Positions 43,390 to 56,400 of a stretch of 64,000 nucleotides of DNA are shown here, piece by piece. The notes below the pieces were generated by a model, which did no database searches, was not told the DNA's origin, and saw only the letters and a list, made by a program, of their open reading frames with translations. The position numbers and the translations under genes were made by a program. This DNA is from the human T2T-CHM13v2.0 reference genome, Homo sapiens. The stretch lies in assembly GCF_009914755.1 (NCBI RefSeq), contig NC_060933.1, one strand, 5' to 3'. The stretch's first letter is position 1, and each line of letters opens with the position of its first letter.

Positions 43390-46300
43390 TGCATTCCATT
43401 ACATTCCATTCCATTCCGTTCCATTTCATTCTATTCTGGTTAATTCCATTCCATTCCATTCCACTCCATTCCAGTCCTTTCCATTCCATTCCACTCGGGT
43501 TGATTCCATTCTATTCCTTTTAATTCCATTCCATTCCATTGCAATCGAGTGGATTCCATTCGAGTTGAATCCATTCCATTCCATTCCATTCCATTCCATT
43601 GCACACGGGTTCATTCCATTCCATTCCATTCCATTCCATTCCATTCCATTCTATTCCATTTCATTCCATTCCATTCTATTCCGTACCATTCCATTCCATC
43701 CCATTCCATTCCGTTCCATTCCATGCCATTACACTCGGGTTGATTCCATTCCTTTCCATTCCATTCTTGTTGAATCCATTCCATTCCATTCCATTCCATT
43801 CCATTCGAATCCATTCCATTGCACTCGGGTTGATTCCATTCCATTCCATTCCATTCCATTTCATTCCATTCCATTCCATTACATTCGGATTGATTCTATT
43901 CAATTCCCTTACACTCCATTACATTCCATTCCATTCGGGATGTTTCCATTCCATTCCATTCCATTCCACTCCATTCCATTGCATCAGGTTGATTGCATTC
44001 CATTCCATTCCATTCCATTCCGGATGATTCCATTCCATTGCATTCCATTCCATTCCATTCCCCAGCACTCGAATAGATTCCATTCCATTCCATTCCATTC
44101 CATTCCATTCCATTCCGTTCCATTCCATTCCATTCCATTCTATTCCGGTTAATTCCATTCCATTCCATTCGATTCCATTCCATTCCATTCCATTCCATTG
44201 CAATCGAGTTGATTCCATTCCATTCCATTCCATTCCATTCCGGATGATTCCATTCCATTCCATTCCATTCCGTTCCGGATGATTCCATTCCATTCCATTC
44301 CATTCCATTCCATTCCATTCCATTCCCCTGCAGTCGGGTTGATTCCATTCCATTCCATTCAATTCCATTCCATTCCATTCCATTCCGTTCAATTCCATTC
44401 CATTCCATTCTATTCGGGTTAATTCCATTCCATTCCATTCCATTCCATTCTATTCGGGTTAATTCCATTCCATTCCATTCCATTCCATTCCATTCTATTC
44501 CATTCCATTGCAATCGAGTTGAATCCATTGCATTTCATTCCATTCCATTCCATTCCATTCCATTCCATTCCGGAAGTTTCCATTCCATTGCATTCCATTC
44601 CATTCCATTCCCCTGCACTCGCGTTGATTCCATTCCATTCCATTCCATTCCATTCCATTCCTTTCCGTTCCGTTCCTTTCCATTCCATTCCATTCCATTC
44701 CATTCCATTCCGTTCCGTTCCATTCCATTCCATTCCATTCTATTCGGGTTAATTCCATTCCATTCCATTCGATTGCAATCGTGTTGATTCCATTCCATTC
44801 CATTCCATTCCATTCCATTCCATTCCATTCCATTCCTTTCCATTCCATTACGGATGATTCCATTCCATTGAATTCCATTCCATTCCATTCCCCTGCACTC
44901 GGTTTGATTCCATTCCATTCCATTCCATTACATTCCATTCCATTCCGTTCCATTTCATTCTATTCGGGTTAATTCCATTCCATTCCATTCCACTCCATTC
45001 CAGTCCTTTCCATTCCATTCCACTCGGGTTGATTCCATTCTATTCCTTTTAATTCCATTCCATTCCATTGCAATCGAGTGGATTCCATTCGAGTTGAATC
45101 CATTCCATTCCATTCCATTCCATTCCATTGCACACGGGTTCATTCCATTCCATTCCATTCCATTCCATTCCATTCCATTCCATTCCATTCCATTCTATTC
45201 CGTACCATTCCATTCCATCCCATTCCATTCCGTTCCGTTCCATGCCATTACACTCGGGTTGATTCCATTCCTTTCCATTCCATTCTTGTTGAATCCATTC
45301 CATTCCATTTCATTCCATTCCATTCCATTACATTCGGATTGATTCTATTCAATTCCCTTACACTCCATTACATTCCATTCCATTCGGGATGTTTCCATTC
45401 CATTCCATTCCATTCCACTCCATTGCATTGCATCAGGTTGATTGCATTCCATTCCATTCCATTCCATTCCGGATGATTCCATTCCATTGCATTCCATTCC
45501 ATTCCATTCCCCAGCACTCAAATTGATTCCATTCCATTCCATTCCATTCCATTCCATTCCATTCCGTTCCATTCCATTCCATTCCATTCTATTCCGGTTA
45601 ATTCCATTCCATTCCATTCGATTCCATTCCATTCCATTCCATTCCATTGCAATCGAGTTGATTCCATTCCATTCCATTCCATTCCGTTCCGGATGATTCC
45701 ATTCCATTCCATTCCATTCCATTCCATTCCATTCCCCTGCAGTCGGGTTGATTCCATTCCATTCCATTCCATTCCATTCCATTCCATTCCATTCCGTTCA
45801 ATTACATTCCATTCCATTCTATTCGGGTTAATTCCATTCCATTCCATTCCATTCCATTCTATTCGGCTTAATTCCATTCCATTCCATTCCATTCCATTCC
45901 ATTCCATTCTATTCCATTCCATTGCAATCGAGTTGAATCCATTGCATTTCATTCCATTCCATTCCATTCCATTCCATTCCATTCCGGAAGATTCCATTCC
46001 ATTGCATTCCATTCCATTCCATTCCCCTGCACGCGCCTTGATTCCATTCCATTCCATTCCATTCCATTCCATTCCATTCCTTTCCGTTCCGTTCCGTTCC
46101 GTTCCATTCCATTCCATTCCATTCCATTCCATTCCGTTCCGTTCCATTCCATTCCATTCCATTCTATTCGGGTTAATTCCATTCCATTCCATTCGATTGC
46201 AATCGTGTTGATTCCATTCCATTCCATTCCATTCCATTCCATTCCTTTCTATTCCATTACGGATGATTCCATTCCATTGCATTCCATTCCATTCCATTCC

Positions 46301-49300
46301 CCTGTACTCGGGTTGATTCCATTCCATTGCATTCCAATCCATGCCCTTCCACTCGTGTTGATTCCATTCTTTCCATTCCGTTCAAGTTGAATCCATTCCA
46401 TTGCATTCCATTCCATTCGATTCCATTCGATTTCACTCTGGTTGATTCCATTCCATTGCATTCCATTCCATTCCAATCCATTCCATTCCGTTCCACTCCA
46501 TTCCATTACATTCGGATTCATTCTATTCAACTCCCTTACTCTCCATTACATTCCATTCCATTCGGGTTGTTCCATTCCATTCCATTCCATTCCACTCCAT
46601 TCCATTGGACTCGGGTTGATTCCATTCCATTCCATTCCATTCCATTCCATTCCATTCCATTCCATTCCTGAAGATTCCATTCCATTGCATTCCATTCCAT
46701 TCCATTCCCCTGCACTCGCGTTGATTCCATTCTATTCCATTCTATTCCATTCCATTCCCTTCCTTTCCGTTCCATTCCATTCCATTCCATTCCATTCCAT
46801 TCCGTTCCGTTCCGTTCCATTCCATTCCATTCCATTCTATTCGGGTTAATTCCATTCCATTCCATTCGATTGCAATCGAGTTGATTCCATTCCATTCCAT
46901 TCCATTCCATTCCATTCCATTCCATTCCTTTCCATTCCGTTACGGATGATTCCATTCCATTGCATTCCATTCCATTCCATTCCCCTGTACTCGGGTTGAT
47001 TCCATTCCATTCCATTCCAATCCATGCCCTTCCACTCGTGTTGATTTCATTCTTTCCATTCCATTCTAGTTGAATCCATTCCATTGCATTCCATTCCATT
47101 CGATTCCATTCGATTGCACTCGGGTTGATTCCATTCCATTGCATTCCACTCCATTCCATTCCATTCCATTCCATTCCATTCCGTTCCATTCCATTCCATT
47201 ACATTCGGATTGATTCTATTCAACTCCCTTACTCTCCATTACATTCGATTGCATTCGGGTTGTTCCATTCCATTCCATTCCATTCCACTCCATTCCATTG
47301 CACTCGGGTTGATTCCATTACATTCCATTCCATTCCGGAAGATTCCATTCCATTGCATTCCATTACATTCCATTCCCCTGCACTCGCGTTGATTCCATTC
47401 CTTTCCATTCCATTCCATTCCATTCCATTCCGTTCCGTTCCATTCCATTCCATTCCATTCCATTCCGTTCCGTTCCATTCCATTCCATTCCATTCTATTC
47501 GGGTTAATTCCATTCCATTCCATTCCATTGCAATCGTGTTGATTCCATTCCATTCCATTCCATTCCATTCCATTCAGTTCCATTCCGTTCCATTCCATTC
47601 CATTACATTCGGATTGATTCTATTCAACTCCCTTACTCTCCATTACATTCCATTCCATTCGGGTTGTTCCATTCCATTCCATTCCATTCCACTCCATTCC
47701 ATTGCACTCGGGTTTATTCCGTTCCATTCCATTCCATTCCATTCCATTCCATTCCGGAAGATTCCATTCCATTGCATTCCATTCCATTCCATTCCCCTGC
47801 ACTCGCGTTGATTCCACTCCATTCCATTCCATTCCATTCCATTCCATTCCATTCCATTCCATTCCTTTCCGTTCCATTCCATTCCATTCCATTCCATTCC
47901 GTTCCGTTCCGTTCCGTTCCATTCTATTCCATTCCATTCTATTCGGTTTAATTCCATTGCATTCCATTCGATTGCAATCAAGTTGATTCCATTCCATTCC
48001 ATTCCATTCCATTCCATTCCTTTCCATTCCATTACGGATGATTCCATTCCATTGCATTCCATTCCATTCCATTCCATTCCATTCCCCTGTACTCGGGTTG
48101 ATTCCATTCCATTGCATTCCATTCCATTCCATTCCCCTGCACTCGCGTTGATTCCATTCCATTCCATTCCATTCCATTCCATTCCATTCCGATCCGTTCC
48201 GTTCCATTCCATTCCATTCCATTCCATTCCGTTCCGTTCCATTCCATTCCATTCTATTCGGGTTAATTCCATTCCATTCCATTCAATTGCAATCGAGTTG
48301 ATTCCATTCCATTCCATTCCATTCCATTCCATTCCTTTCCATTACATTACGGATGATTCCATTCCATTTAATTCCATTCCATTCCATTCCCCTGTACTCG
48401 GGTTGATTCCATTCCATTCCATTCCAATCCATGCCATTCCACTCGTGTTGATTCCATTCTTTCCATTCCATTCAAGTTGAATCCATTCCATTGCATTCCA
48501 TTCCATTCGATTCCATTCGATTGCACTCGGGTTGATTCCATGGCATTGCATTCCATTCCATTCCATTCCATTCCATTCCATTCCATTCCATTCCTTTCCA
48601 TTCCATTCCATTCCATTCCATTCGGATTCATTCTATTCAATTCCCTTACACTCCATTACATTCCATTCCATTCGTGTAGTTTCCATTCCATTCCATTCCA
48701 TTCCTCTCCATTCCATTGCACTCGGGTTGATTCCATTCCATTCCATTCCATTCCATTCCATTCCATTCCATTCCGGATGATTCCATTCCATTGAATTCCA
48801 TTCCATTCCATTCCCCTGCACTTGGGTTGATTCCATTCCATTGCATTCCATTCCTTTCTGTTCCATTCCATTCCATTCCATTCTATTCGTGTTAATTCCG
48901 TTCCATTCTATTCCATTCCATTCCATTGAAACCGAGTTGATTCCATTCCATTCAATTCCATTCCATTCCATTCCATTCCATTCTATTCCGGATGATTTCA
49001 TTCCATTGCATTCCATTCCATTCCATTCCCCTGCACTCGGGTTGATTCCATTCCATTCCATTCCATTACATTCCATTCCATTCCGTTCCATTTCATTCTA
49101 TTCGGGTTAATTCCATTCCATTCCATTCCACTCCATTCCAGTCCTTTCCATTCCATTCCACTCGGGTTGATTCCATTCTATTCCTTTTAATTCCATTCCA
49201 TTCCATTGCAATCGAGTGGATTCCATTCGAGTTGAATCCATTCCATTCCATTCCATTCCATTCCATTGCACACGGGTTCATTCCATTCCATTCCATTCCA

Positions 49301-50450
49301 TTCCATTCCATTCCATTCCTTTCTATTCCATTTCATTCCATTCCATTCTATTCCGTACCATTCCATTCCATCCCATTCCATTCCGTTCCATTCCATGCCA
49401 TTACACTCGGGTTGATTCCATTCCTTTCCATTCCATTCTTGTTGAATCCATTCCATTCCATTCCATTCCATTCCATTCGAATCCATTCCATTGCACTCGG
49501 GTTGATTCCATTCCATTCCATTCCATTCCATTTCATTCCATTCCATTCCATTACATTCGGATTGATTCTATTCAATTCCCTTACACTCCATTACATTCCA
49601 TTCCATTCGGGATGTTTCCATTCCATTCCATTCCATTCCACTCCATTCCATTGCATCAGGTTGATTGCATTCCATTCCATTCCATTCCATTCCGGATGAT
49701 TCCATTCCATTGCATTCCATTCCATTCCATTCCCCAGCACTCGAATTGATTCCATTCCATTCCATTCCATTCCATTCCATTCCATTCCATTCCGTTCCAT
49801 TCCATTCCATTCCATTCTATTCCGGTTAATTCCATTCCATTCCATTCGATTCGATTCCATTCCATTCCATTCCATTGCAATCGAGTTGATTCCATTCCAT
49901 TCCATTCCATTCCGTTCCGGATGATTCCATTCCATTCCATTCCATTCCGTTCCGGATGATTCCATTCCATTCCATTCCATTCCATTCCATTCCATTCCCC
50001 TGCAGTCGGGTTGATTCCATTCCATTCCATTCCATTCCATTCCATTCCGTTCAATTCCATTCCATTCCATTCTATTCGGGTTAATTCCATTCCATTCCAT
50101 TCCATTCCATTCTATTCGGGTTAATTCCATTCCATTCCATTCCATTCCATTCTATTCCATTCCATTGCAATCGAGTTGAATCCATTGCATTTCATTCCAT
50201 TCCATTCCATTCCATTCCATTCCATTCCATTCCATTCCGGAAGATTCCATTCCATTGCATTCCATTCCATTCCATTCCCCTGCGCTCGCCTTGATTCCAT
50301 TCCATTCCATTCCATTCCATTCCGTTCCGTTCCGTTCCGTTCCATTCCATTCCATTCCATTCCATTCCGTTCCGTTCCATTCCATTCCATTCCATTCTAT
50401 TCGGGTTAATTCCATTCCATTCCATTCCATTGCAATCGTGTTGATTCCAT
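43390..50450 (-). repeat. Three copies of a ~1.4-1.5 kb unit (offsets 1529 and 5667 bp)
   Basis: GCAATCGAGTGGATTCCATTCGAGTTGAATCC at ~43541, 45070 and 49208; GCATCAGGTTG at ~43981, 45430 and 49653. Other sequence lies between copies 2 and 3. Confidence 0.85.
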
Positions 50451-53400
50451 TCCATTCCATTCCATTCCATTCCATTCCATTGCACACGGGTTCATTCCAT
50501 TCCATTCCATTCTATTCCATACCTTTCTATTCCATTTCATTCCATTCCATTCTAATCCGTACCATTCCATTCCATCCCATTCCATTCCGTTCCATTCCAT
50601 GCCATTACACTCGGGTTGATTCCATTCCATTCCATTCCATTCCGTTCCGGATGATTCCATTCCATTCCATTCCATTCCATTCCATTCCATTCCATTCCAT
50701 TCCATTGCACTCGGGTTTATTCCATTCCATTCCATTCCATTCCATTCCATTCCATTCCATTCCGGAAGATTCCATTCCATTGCATTCCATTCCATTCCAT
50801 CTCCCTGCACTCGCGTTGATTCCATTCCATTCCATTCCATTCCATTCCATTCCATTCCATTCCTTTCCATTCCATTACGGATGATTCCATTCCATTGCAT
50901 TCCATTCCATTCCATTCCCCTGTACTCGGGTTGATTCCATTCCATTCCATTCCAATCCACGCCATTCCACTCGTGTTGATTCCATTCTTTCCATTCCATT
51001 CAAGTTGAATCCATTCCATTGCATTCTATTCCATTCGATTCCATTCGATTGCACTCGGGTTGATTCCATTCCTTTGCATTCCATTCCATTCCATTCCATT
51101 CCTTTCCATTCCATTCCATTCCATTCCGTTCCATTCCATTCCATGCCATTCTATTCGGGTTAATTCCATTCCATTCCATTCCATTCCATTCCATTCCATT
51201 CCATTCCATTCCATTCCATTCCATTCCAATCGAGTTGATTGAATTCCATTCCATTCCATTCCATTCCACTCCATTCCAGTCCTTTCCATTACTTTACACT
51301 TGGGTTGATTCCATTCTATTCCTTTCCATTCCATTCCATTCCATTGCAATCGAGTTGATTCCATTGCTTTGCATTCCATTCCATTCCATTCCATTCCGGA
51401 TGATTCCATTCCATTGCATTCCATTCCATTCCATTCCAGTTCGTTCCATTCCATTCTATTCCGTACCATTCCATTCCATTCCTTTCCTTTCCATTCCATT
51501 CTTTTCCACTCGTGTTGATTCCATTCCTTTCCATTCCATTCGGTTTGAAGGCATTCCATTCCATTCAATTCCATTCCATTGCATTCCATTCCATTCCATT
51601 CTATTCCATTCCATTGCAATCGAGTTGAATCCATTGCCTTTCATTCCATTCCATTCCATTCCATTCCATTCCGGAAGATTCCATTCCATTACATTCCATT
51701 CCATTCCATTCCCCTGCACTCGCGTTGATTCCATTCCATTCCATTCCATTCCATTCCGTTCCGTTCCATTCCATTCCATTCCATTCCATTCCATTCAGTT
51801 CCGTTCCATTCCATTCCATTCCATTCTATTCGGGTTAATTCCATTCCATTCCATTCGATAGCCATCGTGTTGATTCCATTCCATTCCATTCCATTCCATT
51901 CCATTCCATTGCTTTCCATTCCATTACGGATGACTCCATTCCATTGCATTCCATTCCATTCCATTCCCCTGTACTCGGGTTGATTCCATTCCATTCCATT
52001 CCACTCCATTCGGTTCCGTTGCATTCCATTCTATTGCATTATATTCTATTCGGGTTAATTCCATTCCATTCTATTCCATTCCATTCCATTCCATTCCATT
52101 GCAATGGAGTTGATTCCATTCCATTCCATTCCATTCCGGATGATTCCATTCCATTGCATTCCATTCCATTCCATTCCCCTGCACTCGTGTTGATTCCATT
52201 CCATTCCATTCCATTCCATTCCGTTCCATTCCATTCCATTCCATTCCATTCCGTTTAATTCCATTCCATTCCATTCCATTCCATTCCATTGCAATCGAGT
52301 TGTTTCCATTCCATTCCTTTCCATTCCATTCCATTGCCTTGCATTCCACTCGGGTTGATTCCATTCCCTTCTTTCCACTCCATTACATTCCCTTCCATTC
52401 CACTCGGAATGATTGATTCCATTCCATTCCATTCCATTTCATTCCATTTCAATCCATTCCAATCCATTCCATTCCATTCCATTCCACTCGAGTTGACTTC
52501 ATTCCATTCCTTTCCATTCCATTCCATTCCTTTCCACTCGAGTTGATTCCATTCCATTCCAATCCATTGTATTCCATTCCATGCGATTCCACTCGGGTTG
52601 ATTCCATTCCTTTGCATTCCATTCCATTCCATTCCATTGCATTCCATTCAATTCCATTCCGTTGCATTCCATTCCATTACATTCGGATTGATTCTATTCA
52701 ACTCCCTTACTCTCCATTCCATTCCATTCCATTCGGGTTGTTCCATTCCATTCCATTCCATTCCATTCCGGATGATTCCATTCCATTGCATTCCGTTCCA
52801 TTACATTCCCCTGCACTCGCGTTGATTCCATTCCATTCCATTCCATTCCATTCAATTCCATTCCATTACAATTCTTTCCATTCCATTCTATTCCGTACCA
52901 TTCCATTCCATTCCATTCTATTCCATTTCATTCCATTCAATTCCATTCCATTCCATTCCATTCCGTTCCATTCCGTTCCATTCCATTCCATTCCATTCCA
53001 TTCGGGTTAATTCCATTCCATTCCATTCCATCCCATTCTATTACATTCCATTGCAATCGAGTTGAATCCATTGCATTTCATTCCATTCCATTCCATACCA
53101 TTCCGTTCCATTCCGGAAGATTCCATTCCATTGCATTCCATTCCATTCCATTCCCCTGCACTCGCGTTGATTCCATTCCATTCCATTCCATTCCATTCCT
53201 TTCCATTCCATTCCATTCCGTTCCGTTCCATTCCATTCCATTCTATTCGGGTTAATTCCATTCCATTCCATTCGATTGCAATCGAGTTGATTCCATTCCA
53301 TTCCATTCCATTCCATTCCTTTCCATTCCATTACGGATGATTCCATTCCATTCCATTCCATTCCATTCCATTCCCCTATACTCGGGTTGATTCCATTCCA

Positions 53401-56400
53401 TTCCATTCCATTCCATTCAATTCCATTCCATTACAATTCGTTCCATTCCATTATATTCCGTATCATTCCATTCCTTTCCATACCATTCCATTCTATTCGG
53501 ATTAATTCCATTCCATGTCATTCCATTCCATTCTATTCCATTCCATTGCAATCGAGTTGAATCCATTGCATTTCATTCCATTCCATTCCATTCCATTCCG
53601 GAAGTTTCCATTCCATTGCATTCCATTCCATTCCATTCCCCTGCACTCGCGTTGATTCCATTCCATTCCATTCCATTCCATTCCGTTCCGTTCCATTCCT
53701 TTCCATTCCATTCTATTTGGGTTAATTCCATTCCATTCAATTCGATTGCAATCGAGTTGATTCCATTCCATTCCATTCCATTCCATTCCATTCCATTCCT
53801 TTCCATTCCATTACGGATGATTCCATTCCATTCCATTCCATTCCATTCCATTCCATTCCGTTCCTTTCCATTCCATTCCATTCTATTCGGGTTAATTCCA
53901 TTCCATTCCATTCCATTCCATTCCATTCTATTCCATTCCATTGCAATCGAGTTGAATCCATTGCATTTCATTCCATTCCATTCCATTCCATTCCATTCCG
54001 GAAGATTCCATTCCATTGCATTCCATTCCATTCCATTCCCCTGCACTCGCGTTGATTCCATTCCATTCCATTCCATTCCATTCCATTCCATTCCATCCAT
54101 TCCATTCCGTTCTGTTCCATTCCATTCCATTCCATTCCATTCCATTCCGTTCCGTTCCATTCCATTCCACTCCATTCTATTCGGGTTAATTCCATTCCAT
54201 TCCATTCGATTGCAATCGAGTTGATTCCATTCCATTCCATTCCATTCCATTCCATTCTATTCCATTCCATTCCTTTCCATTCCATTACGGATGATTCCAT
54301 TCCATTGCATTCCATTCCATTCCATTCCCCTGTACTCGGGTTGATTCCATTCCATTCCATTCCAATCCACGCCATTCCACTCGTGTTGATTCCATTCTTT
54401 CCATTCCATTCAAGTTGAATCCATTCCATTGCATTCTATTCCATTCGATTCCATTCGATTGCACTCGGGTTGATTCCATTCCATTGCATTCCATTCCATT
54501 CCATTCCATTCCTTTCCATTCCATTCCATTCCATTCCGTTCCATTCCATTCCATGCCTTTCTATTCGGGTTAATTCCATTCCATTCCATTCCATTCCATT
54601 CCATTCCATTCCATTCCAATCGAGTTGATTGCATTCCATTCCATTCCATTCCATTCCATTCCTTTCCATTCCATTCCATTCCGTTCCGTTCCATTCCATT
54701 CCATTCTATTCGGGTTAATTCCATTCCATTCCATTCGATTGCAATCGAGTTGATTCCATTCCATTCCATTCCATTCCATTCCTTTCCATTCCATTACGGA
54801 TGATTCCATTCCATTCCATTCCATTCCATTCCATTCCATTCCATTCCATTCCATTCCATTCCATTCCCCTATACTCGGGTTGATTCCATTCCATTCCATT
54901 CCAATCCATGCCATTCCACTCGTGTTGATTCCATTCTTTCCATTCCATTCAAGTTGAATCCATTCCATTGCATTCCATTCCATTCGATTCCATTCGATTG
55001 CACTCGGGTTGATTCCATTCCATTGCACTCCATTCCATTCCATTTCATTCCATTCCATTCCTTTCCATTCCATTCCATTCCATTCCATTCCATTCCATTC
55101 CATTGCAATCCAGTTGATTCCATTCCATTCCTTTCCATTCCATTCCATTGCCTTGCATTCCACTCGGGTTGATTCCATTCCCTTCTTTCCACTCCATTAC
55201 ATTCCCTTCCATTCCACTCGGAATGATTGATTCCATTCCATTCCATTCCATTTCATTCCATTGCAATCCATTCCAATCCATTCCATTCCATTCCATTCCA
55301 CTCGAGTTGATTTCATTCCATTCCATTCCATTCCATTGCATTCCATTCCATGGCATTCCACTCGGGTTGATTCCATTCCATTCCATTCCATTCCATTCCA
55401 TTCCATTCCATTCCATTGCATTCCATTCCATTCCTTTCCCTACACTCGGGTTGATTCCATTCCATTCCATTCCATTTAATTCCATTCCATTCCATTCCAT
55501 TCCATTCCAATCCGTTCCATTCCATTCCATTCCATTCCATTCCTTTCCGTTCCATTCCATTCCATTCCATTCCACTCGGGTTGATTCCATTCCTTTCCAT
55601 TCCATTCGGGTTGAATCCAATCCACTCCATTCCATTCCATTCAAATCCATTCCATTGCACTCGGGTTGATTCCATTCCATTCCATTCCATTCGATTCGAT
55701 TCCATTCCATTCCATTCCGTTCAATTCCATTTCATTACGTTCAGATTGATTCTATTCAATTCCCTTACACTCCATTATATTCCAATCCATTCTGGTTGTT
55801 TCCATTCCATTCCATTCCATTTCACTCCATTCCATTGCACTCGGTTTGATTCCATTCCATTCCATTCCATTCCATTCCATTCCGGATGATTCCATTCCAT
55901 TGTATTCCATTCCATTCCATTCCCCTGCACTCAGGTTGATTCCATTCCATTCCATTCCACTCCATTCCATTCCGTTCCTTTCCATTCCATTCCATTCCAT
56001 TCTATTCGGCTTAATTCCATTCCATTCCATTCGATTGCCATCGAGTTGATTCCATTCCATTGCATTCCATTCCATTCCATTCCATTCCATTCCTTTCCAT
56101 TCCATTACGGATGACTCCATTCCATTGCATTCCATTCTATTCCATTCCCCTGTACTCGGGTTCATTCCATTCCATTCCATTCCACTCCATTCGGTTCCGT
56201 TGCATTCCATTCTATTGCATTCCATCTATTCGGGTTAATTCCATTCCATTCTATTCCATTCCATTCCATTCCATTCCATTCCGTTCCATTCCGTTCCATT
56301 CCATTCCATTCCATTCTATTCGAGTTAATTCCATTCCATTCCATTCCATTCCATTCCATTCTATTCCATTCCATTGCAATCGAGTTGAATCCAATGCATT

